This document shows, piece after piece, positions 51,501 through 57,622 of a stretch of DNA of 59,029 nucleotides. Within the stretch, counting starts at the first letter, position 1. Each line of letters starts with the position of its first letter. Below the pieces are notes generated by a model. It searched no databases and was not told where the DNA came from. It was given only the letters and a program-made list of their open reading frames with translations. This stretch comes from Tubiluchus corallicola (Eukaryota > Animalia > Priapulida): assembly GCA_030141605.1 (NCBI GenBank), contig JAQGDQ010001155.1:1-59029 (forward strand), given 5' to 3'. The translations under genes and the position numbers were made by a program.

Positions 51501-53246
51501 GCTTCAGAAAATTTTTAGCTATTGTTTTAATACTCAGTAAAATGGAACAAACATGCGATACGTAATTTTAATGTTGTAATTTGTAATTGTAATTTTAAAA
51601 AAAAACAAACATACGAAAGTTTATACATGAACTTGATAAAATCCTAAACAAGAATATTGTTTCGCTTAGTGTTTGGCTCTTTATGACTACAATCCGACAA
51701 TACAGTCGACAAAAGAGCAGCCAGGTAATCAGCTGGAGCTGAAAGAGGGTGACCTGGTCACGTTGTACGGCTCCGTGAGAACCGATGGATTTTTTAAAGC
51801 ACAGGTGAGCAAAAGAGATAAACTCCGTAGGGTTACAGGTAAAATGAGGCTTTTTTTGTGATCTTCTTCGTCGTATGTGAAACTTGCAGAATCTAACATT
51901 TCAATGATGGGGTTAAATTACTGTGTAATGTGGGTGGTTGCGGTAATACCAGAACTTGCCTAATTATGAAGATTGTATTTAAAAAGACACACTGAACCAC
52001 TAGAGGTGTCCTAACTATGTTGGAATGTCAACGTGTCTTAAGTATGTTCGGATGTGAACGTGTCCCAACTATGTTCGGACATGAATGTGTCCTAACTATG
52101 TTCGGATGTGAATGTGTCCTATGTTCGGACATGAATGTGTCCTAGCTATGTTCGGACATGAATGTGTCCTAACTACGTTCGGACGTGAATGTGTCCTATG
52201 TTCGGACATGAATGTGTCCTAACTATGTTTGGACGTGAACGCGTCCCAACTATGTTCAAACGTTCAGATGTGAACATGTCCCAACTATGTTCGGACGTGA
52301 ACGTGTCCCAACTATGTTCGGACGTTCAGATGTGAATGTGTCCCAACTATGTTCGGACGTTCGGACGTGAACGTGCCCCAACTACGTTCGGACGTGAGCG
52401 TGCCCCAACTACGTTCGGACGTGAACGCGCCACAACTACGTTCGGACGTGAACGCGCCACAACTACGTTCGGACGTGAACGCGCCACAACTACGTTCGGA
52501 CGTGAGCGCGCCCCAACTACGTTCGGACGTGAACGCGCCACAACTACGTTCGGACGTGAACGCGCCACAACTACGTTCGGACGTGAACGCGCCACAACTA
52601 CGTTCGGACGTGAACGCGCCACAACTACGTTCGGACGTGAACGCGCCACAACTACGTTCGGACGTGAACGCGCCACAACTACGTTCGGACGTGAACGCGC
52701 CCCAACTACGTTCGGACGTGAACGCGCCCCAACTACGTTCGGACGTGAACGCGCCCCAACTACGTTCGGACGTGAACGCGTCCCAATTACGTTCGGACGT
52801 GAACGCGCCACAACTACGTTCGGACGTGAACGTGCCCCAACTACGTTCGGACGTGAACGTGCCACAACTACGTTCGGACGTGAACTAAACGTATACCAAC
52901 TATGTTTGGATGTTAATACGTTCTCGCTTTGCAGTGTAAATAGCAGAATTGTTATAGCAAGTGAAACTGCTCAGAGTGAAAATCGAACTTGGTGATCACA
53001 ATCTTGGCGCACACGTCGAGACCACTTGGCTGTTCACTTTGTCCGTAATACTTCTATAGGGAGAAATTTCAAATTGACTTCACTCTGATGACTGCTACTT
53101 CATCACTGTAACTCTTGTGTGGCGCAAATGTTTTTGCAGACCAGGTGTTTTCATTTCGAATTATTTTGTTTTTTACGAAGGTGAGAGGAAAACGTGGTTT
53201 AGTTCCGTGCAGTTTTGTTGAGAAGTTATCAGCTGACAAGTCGTAA
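4824..53246 (+). CDS. Spliced gene (25 coding exons traced, ~2639 aa): JAKMIP-like N-terminal coiled coil + giant coiled coil + RIM-binding-protein-like SH3-FN3-SH3
   Basis: Exons 4824-4970, 5092-5244, 6901-7047, 8923-9135, 11687-11887, 17071-17127, 17559-17735, 28181-28390, 29658-33077, 34201-34554, 36923-37091, 37468-37586, 38532-38635, 40407-40686, 41546-41654, 42718-42872, 43769-43936, 44760-44927, 45271-45393, 46413-46538, 47573-47692, 48698-49465, 50378-50608, 51670-51804, 53181-53246. All have AG/GT boundaries and compatible phases, total 7920 nt, ending TAA. Whether the first 7 exons and the rest form one transcript is inferred. Confidence 0.75.
5092..5244 (+). CDS. Exon 2, coiled coil (REEGMIWES...[10 protein letters not shown])
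   Basis: ttctgtttcag acceptor, gtaaat donor, phase 0/0. Confidence 0.85.
5330..5645 (+). repeat. Dispersed repeat, second copy at ~17185-17495
   Basis: Shared blocks such as gtcttaactacaaccgtcac, gagtgatttactagcagga, ctgttaaaactgttact. Confidence 0.8.
5952..6496 (-). mobile_element. 5S rRNA-headed SINE (SINE3-type) with GC-rich body
   Basis: Minus strand starts with a near-complete 5S sequence, continues through a ~430-nt GC-rich body without a poly-T terminator, and ends in a (CAAC) tail. Flanked by TAGTTGTTATA (5941-5951) and TAGTTGTCATA (6497-6507). Confidence 0.75.
6380..6499 (-). pseudogene. 5S rRNA-derived sequence (SINE head)
   Basis: Reverse complement reads TACGACCAAATCACGCTGAAAACACCGGTTCTCGTCTGATCAACGAAGTTAAGCAACGTAGAGCCTGGTTGATACTTGGATGGGTGACCGCCTAGAAATACCAGGTGCTGTAGGCTT, a metazoan 5S with several substitutions. 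Confidence 0.92.
6901..7047 (+). CDS. Exon 3 ([13 protein letters not shown]...DDELWDE)
   Basis: tttttttcag acceptor, gtaaac donor, phase 0/0. Confidence 0.85.
7520..8013. mobile_element. hAT-type MITE with TTCGAA/ATTCG subterminal repeats
   Basis: T(A)AGGG...CCCTA ends, 8-bp TSD GCTTGCAA/GCTTGCGA. Related copies at ~45481-46356 and ~53320-53670. Confidence 0.75.
8408..8612. repeat. 32-bp minisatellite (TTTTTCCATTGTTTTGTGGCATTTCATTGTCA), ~6 copies
   Basis: Seen directly. Confidence 0.92.
8755..8805 (-). mobile_element. tRNA-derived SINE remnant (B box), related copy on + at ~56945-57000
   Basis: GGGTTCAAGTCCAGGCAGGCTCATAATTTTTCAG versus GGGTTCAAATCCTGGTAGGCTCAAAATTTTTCAG. Confidence 0.6.
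8923..9135 (+). CDS. Exon 4, JAKMIP-like ([28 protein letters not shown]...DLAAK)
   Basis: tgtttcag acceptor, gtaagt donor. Resembles the recalled JAKMIP motif ELRFRQLTKEYQALQRAYALLQ. Confidence 0.85.
9458..10377. mobile_element. ~920-bp foldback non-autonomous DNA element (Kolobok-like ends), partial copy at ~19700-20160
   Basis: AAGGG...CCCTTTAA ends and long imperfect inverted arms (aaaatggctgc/gcagccatttt, ttttatacagcg/cgctgtataaaa). Confidence 0.65.
10895..11062 (+). repeat. Dispersed element with internal degenerate TTAGGG/TTAGGA array, inverted copy at ~44044-44165
   Basis: TCTCCA(T/C)ACA and TGTGTGGAG inverted motifs flank the array. Flanks (attagtttgtgaa, atttaaa.tgtgtggag) are shared with the 44 kb copy. 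Confidence 0.7.
11156..11587 (+). mobile_element. piggyBac-type MITE
   Basis: TTAA|CCCTTTCA...TGAAAGGG|TTAA. Confidence 0.88.
11687..11887 (+). CDS. Exon 5, JAKMIP signature [14 protein letters not shown]
   Basis: ttattacag acceptor, gtaatg donor. [12 protein letters not shown] matches the conserved JAKMIP motif [13 protein letters not shown]. Confidence 0.88.
11990..12270 (-). mobile_element. Old SINE family copy (family B) with internal (CTGA)n
   Basis: Shares ctgattctggctgtttacct and acctctgctrgttcagtg.ctc with other family-B copies. Confidence 0.65.
12600..13277. repeat. (ATTC)n/(ACTC)n microsatellite
   Basis: Seen directly. Confidence 0.97.
14430..14625 (+). mobile_element. Old SINE family B copy (degenerate 5S-like head plus body)
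   Basis: gccgcctggg..aatact..gctgttgg resembles the 5S 3' end. Body matches the copies at 12 kb, 19.5 kb, 44.5 kb and 48.4 kb. Confidence 0.6.
15190..15850 (+). mobile_element. Degenerate LINE (CR1/L2-group-like) ORF2 3' end
   Basis: Frameshifted ORFs 15300-15512 and 15334-15606 give [16 protein letters not shown]...LP / [20 protein letters not shown], typical of RT C-termini. AATAAA at 15825 followed by a (TTCATAA) tail. Confidence 0.7.
17071..17127 (+). CDS. Exon 6, short 57-nt exon ([19 protein letters not shown])
   Basis: ctttctttgtgtcctatag acceptor, gtatga donor, purine-rich, phase 0/0. Confidence 0.7.
17559..17735 (+). CDS. Exon 7 ([15 protein letters not shown]...LQNEK)
   Basis: ttttgcag acceptor, gtagag donor, phase 0/0. 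Confidence 0.82.
17845..18280. repeat. Degenerate direct/inverted repeat cluster (GAGTAACTCGC / GCGAGTTACTC)
   Basis: Motif recurs in both orientations, with a ~120-bp direct duplication. Confidence 0.6.
18408..19252. repeat. 42-bp minisatellite (TGTTGGTGTGAACCTCTGCCGTCATATATAGATCAGATTGTT), ~20 copies
   Basis: Seen directly. Explains the 14-aa repeat ORFs. Confidence 0.97.
19412..19620 (+). mobile_element. SINE family B copy with clear 5S-derived head
   Basis: ttaagcaacacagagcctggtc...ggatgggtaacc matches 5S boxes A and C, followed by gagacacctctgctggttcagtgtctcatc. Confidence 0.7.
20216..20671 (-). mobile_element. piggyBac-type MITE, inverted copy of 11156-11587
   Basis: TTAA|CCCTTTCA...TGAAAGGG|TTAA, internal sequence largely the reverse complement of the 11 kb copy. 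Confidence 0.88.
20970..21590. repeat. 47-bp minisatellite (CCACGCTTAGTAGACACACGTGGTCTAACTTTCTTATACGGTTTGAC), ~13 copies
   Basis: Seen directly. Confidence 0.95.
22130..22990. repeat. Decayed (CTGA/CTAA)n tetranucleotide region
   Basis: Dense actg/ctga/ctaa 4-mers. Confidence 0.65.
23417..23896 (+). mobile_element. hAT (Charlie-like) MITE
   Basis: CAGGG(G)TGTGCAAA...TTTGCACACCCCTG terminal inverted repeats, perfect 8-bp TSD GTTTAGAT, GCGGCCCG subterminal motifs. Confidence 0.92.
24005..24321 (+). mobile_element. Probable solo LTR
   Basis: TGT...ACA ends, TATATAAA at ~24136, AATAAA at ~24249, flanks GAACC/CAACC (imperfect 5-bp TSD). Confidence 0.55.
25330..26040. repeat. (CTAAT)n pentanucleotide microsatellite with degenerate 5' flank
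   Basis: Seen directly. Confidence 0.97.
27010..27030 (+). CDS. Candidate alternative first coding exon MGAAVGS (possible N-myristoylation)
   Basis: gcAgtATGG Kozak context (A at -3, G at +4), 7 codons, perfect GTAAGT donor at 27031, phase 0 matching exon 28181. Confidence 0.5.
27343..27530. repeat. (GAT)n microsatellites
   Basis: Seen directly. Confidence 0.97.
28181..28390 (+). CDS. Exon 8, coiled coil ([19 protein letters not shown]...KCARE)
   Basis: aattttag acceptor, gtgcga donor, phase 0/0. Confidence 0.85.
28450..28855. repeat. Degenerate ~27-30 bp minisatellite (GTCAAGTAACATCAAGGAATAT...)
   Basis: Recurrent tcaagtaacatca. Confidence 0.8.
29222..29598. mobile_element. Tc1/mariner-type MITE, related copy at 57623-58280
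   Basis: CAC..ATATCTCG.TTTGCCGGAC / GTCCGGCAAACCGAGATAT.AGTG inverted termini with TA flanks, shared interior ctcacggtaatgtagaatc. Confidence 0.75.
29658..33077 (+). CDS. Exon 9, giant 3420-nt exon encoding 1140 aa of E/K/L/Q-rich coiled coil
   Basis: Inside ORF 29643-33179. tttgcag acceptor, cag|gtaact donor, heptad-type composition. Confidence 0.93.
33140..33754. mobile_element. piggyBac-type MITE (second family)
   Basis: TTAA|CCCTTATATGGTCAC...GTGACCCATAAGGG|TTAA. Confidence 0.8.
34201..34554 (+). CDS. Exon 10, coiled coil ([11 protein letters not shown]...AEKDT)
   Basis: ttacttttag acceptor, gtaagt donor, phase 0/0. Confidence 0.88.
35915..36155. repeat. (GGT/GAT)-rich trinucleotide-derived repeat
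   Basis: Seen directly. Confidence 0.85.
36923..37091 (+). CDS. Exon 11, start of disordered linker (GALVKPML...KNNYL)
   Basis: tgtttcag acceptor, gtaagt donor, phase 0/1. Confidence 0.8.
37468..37586 (+). CDS. Exon 12, linker (IANVRESM...PSGRQ)
   Basis: tttttatag acceptor, gtgtgt donor, phase 1/0 matches both neighbours. Confidence 0.8.
38532..38635 (+). CDS. Exon 13, proline-rich (VISVSIG...[16 protein letters not shown])
   Basis: tgttttcag acceptor, gtatga donor, phase 0/2. Confidence 0.8.
38905..40290. repeat. ~50-bp minisatellite (TGCCATGTTCTAATACAAATTCTATGGTCTATTGAATGGCAAACAATGGA), ~27 copies
   Basis: Period of 50 read directly. Variant units recur in order. Confidence 0.95.
40407..40686 (+). 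CDS. Exon 14, Ser/Pro-rich linker with SHIP motif, then coiled coil (...LEEIKK)
   Basis: ttcttcacttag acceptor, gtgtgt donor, phase 2/0. Confidence 0.85.
40711..41155. repeat. Polypyrimidine (CTCTT/CCCTT)n low-complexity tract
   Basis: Seen directly. Confidence 0.95.
41546..41654 (+). CDS. Exon 15, coiled coil ([13 protein letters not shown]...RNEE)
   Basis: ctgacag acceptor, gtgagg donor, phase 0/1. Confidence 0.82.
41670..41820 (+). mobile_element. SINE family B fragment
   Basis: aagacacttctgatggttcactgtctcatcttaa. Confidence 0.55.
41890..42698. mobile_element. Non-autonomous DNA element with internal duplication, other copies at ~45015-45235 and ~49505-50155
   Basis: CGTCCATAAGTCGGCA / TGCCGACTTATGGACG inverted termini, shared ctccatttcaygaggatcattttgataccaag. 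Confidence 0.8.
42718..42872 (+). CDS. Exon 16, coiled coil (ELIKMLQAQ...HAVNE)
   Basis: tgtttacag acceptor, gtaata donor, phase 1/0. Confidence 0.85.
43769..43936 (+). CDS. Exon 17, coiled coil ([11 protein letters not shown]...VLKEE)
   Basis: ctttttag acceptor, gtaaaa donor, 56 codons open. Confidence 0.82.
44465..44625 (-). mobile_element. SINE family B copy (5S-like head)
   Basis: Minus strand aagttaagcaa...gttagtaaatgaatgggtgac. Plus strand body tgaaccagcagaggtaaagagccagaatcag. Confidence 0.6.
44760..44927 (+). CDS. Exon 18, coiled coil (LHEQSLRN...QLVEK)
   Basis: gttttcag acceptor, gtacag donor, phase 0/0. Confidence 0.85.
45271..45393 (+). CDS. Exon 19, coiled coil ([16 protein letters not shown]...AMKST)
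   Basis: ttttttgcag acceptor, gttaga donor, phase 0/0. Confidence 0.82.
45735..46247 (+). mobile_element. hAT (Charlie-like) MITE, near-identical to 23417-23896
   Basis: CAGGGGTGTGCAAAT...ATTTGCACATCCCTG, TSD TTTTAAAC/TTTTAAAT. Confidence 0.92.
46413..46538 (+). CDS. Exon 20 (NAEAHDKL...[26 protein letters not shown])
   Basis: atttttcag acceptor, gtaata donor, phase 0/0. Confidence 0.85.
47573..47692 (+). CDS. Exon 21 (VQQFHKG...NVVPK)
   Basis: ctaatttcacag acceptor, gtaaga donor, phase 0/0. Confidence 0.85.
48375..48500 (-). mobile_element. SINE family B copy
   Basis: gatgagacactgaaccatcagagg...aggtaaacatcagaatca...ggtcacccattcc. Confidence 0.62.
48698..49465 (+). CDS. Exon 22: RIMBP-type SH3 domain plus first half of an FN3 domain
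   Basis: SH3: FCAVSDYDP...[21 protein letters not shown]...[13 protein letters not shown]3 start: PPSNLRIEK...LLVSWNPP...VVEYK. tttctag acceptor, gtagag donor. Confidence 0.92.
50378..50608 (+). CDS. Exon 23: second half of FN3 ([11 protein letters not shown]...ALIKGLD...[13 protein letters not shown])
   Basis: catttcag acceptor, gtaagt donor. YKIFVNG...ALI.GL is typical of RIMBP FN3 repeats. Confidence 0.88.
50781..51400. mobile_element. Tigger/pogo-type MITE
   Basis: TA|CAGTGTTCCCTC...GAGGGAATGCTG|TA. Confidence 0.8.
51670..51804 (+). CDS. Exon 24: first part of terminal SH3 (CLALYDYNP...[24 protein letters not shown])
   Basis: ALYDY SH3 motif and RIMBP-type DGF. ttcgcttag acceptor, gtgagc donor. 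Confidence 0.92.
52005..52918. repeat. 27-bp minisatellite (TTCGGACGTGAACGCGCCACAACTACG) inside a SINE family B copy (51983-53040)
   Basis: Period of 27. Flanks match family B (acactgaaccactagagg; agcaagtgaaactgc; gaccacttggct.t.cact). Confidence 0.93.
53181..53246 (+). CDS. Exon 25: end of SH3 and stop ([21 protein letters not shown])
   Basis: GLVP.SFV completes the SH3 fold in phase. ttttacgaag acceptor, TAA at 53244-53246. Confidence 0.9.
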   Translation: MRGKRGLVPCSFVEKLSADKS

Positions 53247-53945
53247 TCAGTAAGTCTAAAATTAACTTGTTTATTGTTTGAAAACAACGTAGATTAATTT
53301 CACGATGTTATTCGTTTTTTAGGGACGAACATCAAACATTATAATTCGATTCGAACCTAAAATTATAGATTCGAATAATTCACCACTTCAATTATGTAGG
53401 TTGTTTGTAATTAATATGTTTGAGACATCTTGTAATCGGCATAATTTACCTGTGATTTCTGTGCACAATTTTTTTAGAAATTGTTAGTATTTGTACTGCA
53501 GAACAAAATCAAGCAATGTGCATGATCTTTGCGAGATCGTTTTTTATGAACGATTCGAAAATACTTAAAACTGAATTCGATTCGGATTCGAAATTTGATT
53601 TCTGTCGAGTTAAAAGATCAAAAATTCAATTCGGTTCAAATTGTTTTTCTGATAAAGAATGCTCACCCTCACCCCCTATCAGTTGCAACCGCATCGCTGG
53701 GACTGTGAAATGCACAGTTCCTACAAGGATTTTCGTAATTTTTTCATGAACTAGGGAATGGCTACAGACACTAAGCTTAATGATTATGTAATGTACAAGT
53801 ATAAAGAAAGAATTAGAGAAAAAAACTCATTATATTGAATGTTATCGATAATATCGAGTGAACATAGGGGGTGCTGTAGTTCCGCAATGCCTACACACAA
53901 GTCGTCACTGATAGTAAACACTTCTTTTTACTTTTTTAATTTTAG

Positions 53946-54640
53946 CGTACTGATGTACAGTGGATAAAGAAGCTTTGTCACGAACACTAGCGATGGAGCA
54001 GCAAAACTAATTTACAAATCTTCGAGTACAAGGTTCCATTTGTCTCCAAAAGTTTGTTAACCTTTCGTGCGAGCTTCAAAACAATACTCGGTGACTGTGC
54101 CATGCCGTGTGACAAATACTCACCAACTAGTGCCAAACCGTATGCAAATTCTCAATAATTAGGGTGACAAATACTCGTTAACCAGTGCCAAACTAGTTGT
54201 GCAAATGCTAGATTTAATATCGTGCTGTAAAAATGATAGCTTTGGATGTTAACTTATTGTATCACGTTTAGTTATAGAACTTACAATTAAACTCTTAATA
54301 TTACTGATTCGGATAAATAAACAATATAGAAATTGTTCGTAAATAAGCTGTCTTGTTATGATTCTAAACACTATTGTTATCATTTATATTATTTACATAT
54401 TTATATTCATTCGTGGAATCTCTGTTAGCTGGAATCACAGACTGTTTTCCTGTAAATATGATATATATAAGAAAGTACTAGTTAGGCAAATTCATGTAGT
54501 TTCCACAGCCTTTGAAAAAGCGTGTGCATTGACGTTTCAAAATAAATACTTCTTAGGCATTGTGTTTCGCAAACATGGATAAATTATCAGCTTTGTACTG
54601 TTTGATAACTATAAAAGTTTCAAAAATAAATAAATAAATA
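53946..54640 (+). other. Probable non-coding 3' UTR exon with polyadenylation signals
   Basis: GTAAGT donor at 53250 just after the stop, polypyrimidine acceptor ending 53945, AATAAA hexamers near 54316, 54342 and 54626. Confidence 0.45.
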
Positions 54641-55092
54641 AACCAGAAATGCAAAAAATAACAATTTTTATTGTTTCTAGATTGTTCGCATATTTTTTGA
54701 TAAAAGTCGAACTAACTGTCTTTAGTATTAAGACATTTTTACACAAGTATTTACAAATATGCATTGCTTCAAATTACATATGTAGTTAAGAATATACAAA
54801 TTTTCAATATAAAATACGCAAAAGACCCGAATATACAAATTTTCAAAAGCATCAATGACAAAAAATACAACAAATGAAAAATCGGGTTTTGTTAGTCGAG
54901 AAAAAAGCAAAACGTCAAAAAAGATTGTCATTTTTCTGTAGAAAACTAATTATATCTTGATTAGTTTGATGGAGAAAAAATTCTACTTATAACATATAGA
55001 ATGCTGAAGAACTTGACAATAAAAAAGGCTTGTCTAATGGGGAATTCACCAGTAACATTAATTCATTGGAACTCAGTTCTCACAGTGTATTG

Positions 55093-55164
55093 GAGAACGC
55101 AGTGACGGAGTCGGTATGACATTGGGCTGTGGATTCATTGGCTCTGGGTTCGAATCCTACTCGC
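55093..55164 (+). mobile_element. tRNA-derived SINE head (A and B boxes)
   Basis: TGACGGAGTCGG (A-box-like) and GGTTCGAATCC (B box). Confidence 0.65.
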
Positions 55165-56660
55165 GTTCACAATTCCGGCGTCCCAGTGAACCTCAATCAT
55201 TGGATAAGCCATACAATTTCACAGTTCCGGCATCCCGGTGAGCCTCAATCATTGGATAAGCCAACAATTTCACAGTTCCGGCATCCCGGTGAACCTCAAT
55301 CATCGGATAAGCCATACAATTTCACAGTTCCGGCATCCCGGTGAACCTCAATCATTGGATAAGCCATACAGTTTCACAGTTCCCGCATCCCGGTGAACAT
55401 CAATCATTGGATAAGCCATACAGTTTCACAGTTCCGGCATCCCGGTGAACCTCAATCATTGGATAAGCCATACAGTTTCACAGTTCCCGCATCCCGGTGA
55501 ACATCAATCATTGGATAAGCCATACAATTTCACAGTTCCGGCATCCCGTTGAACCTCAATCATTGGATAAGCCATACAATTTCACAGTTCCGGCATCCTG
55601 GTGAACCTCAATCCTCAATCATTGGATAAACCATACAATTTCACAGTTCCGGCATGCCGGTGAACCTCAATCATTGGATAAGCCATACAATTTCACAGTT
55701 CCGGCATCCCGGTGAACCTCAATCATTGGATAAGCCATACAGTTTCACAGTTCCGGCATCCCGGTGAACCTCAATCATTGGATAAGCCATACAATTTCAC
55801 AGTTCCAGCATCCCGGTGAACCTCAATCATTGGATAAGCCATACAGTTTCACAGTTCCCGCATCCCGGTGAACATCAATCATTGGATAAGCCATACAGTT
55901 TCACAGTTCCGGCATCCCGGTGAACCTCAATCATTGGATAAGCCATACAATTTCACAGTTCCGGCATCCTGGTGAACCTCAATCCTCAATCATTGGATAA
56001 ACCATACAATTTCACAGTTCCGGCATGCCGGTGAACCTCAATCATTGGATAAGCCATACAATTTCACAGTTCCGGCATCCCGGTGAACCTCAATCATTGG
56101 ATAAGCCATACAGTTTCACAGTTCCGGCATCCCGGTGAACCTCAATCATTGGATAAGCCATACAATTTCACAGTTCCCGCATCCCGGTGAACATCAATCA
56201 TTGGATAAGCCATACAGTTTCACAGTTCCAGCATCCCGTTGAACCTCAATCATTGGATAAGCCATACAATTTCACAGTTCCGGCATCCCGTTGAACCTCA
56301 ATCATTGGATAAGCCATACAATTTCACAGTTCCGGCATCCCGGTGAACCTCAACCATCGGATAAGCCAACAATTTCACAGTTCCGGCATCCCGGTGAACC
56401 TCAATCATTGGATAAGCCATACAGTTTCACAGTTCCGGCATCCCGGTGAACCTCAATCATTGGATAAGCCATACAATTTCACAGTTCCGGCATCCCGGTG
56501 AACCTCAACCATCGGATAAGCCAACAATTTCACAGTTCCGGCATCCCGGTGAACCTCAATCATTGGATAAGCCATACAATTTCACAGTTCAGGCATCCCG
56601 GTGAGCCTCAATCATTGGATAAGCCATACAATTTCACAGTTCCGGCATCCCGGTGAGCCT
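55165..56660. repeat. 52-bp minisatellite (TTCACAGTTCCGGCATCCCGGTGAACCTCAATCATTGGATAAGCCATACAAT), ~29 copies
   Basis: Period of 52 read directly. Confidence 0.97.
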
Positions 56661-57622
56661 CGTACTTGTCCTTATCATCACAAGCAAATGCTAACAGGTA
56701 CCTTTTCGGATGCCAGGCTACGGTAAAAGTCGGTGCCTCGCAGGAAATTTCTGCCACTTTTTCACCTGTAGATAAAAATAATTCTTATAAAAAATCTACT
56801 GTAATCAGACAAGTCTTCTAATGACCACGTATATTTACAATATTGTAAGTAGAAAATTCTATGAGTTTTATTTAAAGAATTTGTTCACAAAGTTCGATGT
56901 TTGTGCCTATGACTCTCCAGCAATAAAACGAGTGTTCTGTAATCACAGGGCTCTGGGTTCAAATCCTGGTAGGCTCAAAATTTTTCAGTGAATTTCTTGT
57001 TCAGTTAATTAGCTACTAGACTCATTATTGTTGTTCATACATAAACAGCCAGGTTTGTTAACTATGGTTTATGACAATTTAAAGCCCATTACTGAGATAA
57101 AGCCAGCTAATTTGATTACTTAATTAACTAATTTAAATTGTTTCTGAAATTAAAATAATTGCTTTAAGTTTCCCAAGTTAGTTACCAAAAATTTACTCCT
57201 AGTAACAGGAGTTTTAGCACACGTCGGTAAACAACAAACAACTTTAAATATAAAAAGTACACAAGCTTAAAATTCATACTTTGTCTTTAAACGGCTTATT
57301 TAACTAAAAAAATAACAGTAATGTCGAAAATTTCCAACATTGAGAGTTACCATTTTCCTTTTGTAATTACGCAAAGAAAAGTTTAGACGTAAAAACTCAA
57401 GGCAAAACTTTTGTTTTGCAAAAGCCTATTGACTTTTAACAATATCACTTAGCATAGATAATTTTACTGCTTATAAGGAAGTGGTTGAGTAAACTAGGTA
57501 AACAAGTATGGTGGTACGATCACGTTAGAAAGACAGTGTATAGATAGTCGCGGACTTACGACTGCTGGATATTACCTGAGACAACGACTTAATTAATTAT
57601 GTAAAACTGATAATAAGTCATA

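Noticed and set aside
52336-52995. (FGRERATTT)n ORF as an exon
   Set aside because: 27-bp minisatellite in the intron that splits the SH3 domain. Exons 24 and 25 join directly.
55165-56660. CRISPR array (palindromic repeats). Also considered for the 31-, 42-, 47- and 27-bp arrays.
   Set aside because: Units are head-to-tail with no unique spacers, there are no cas genes, and the context is eukaryotic
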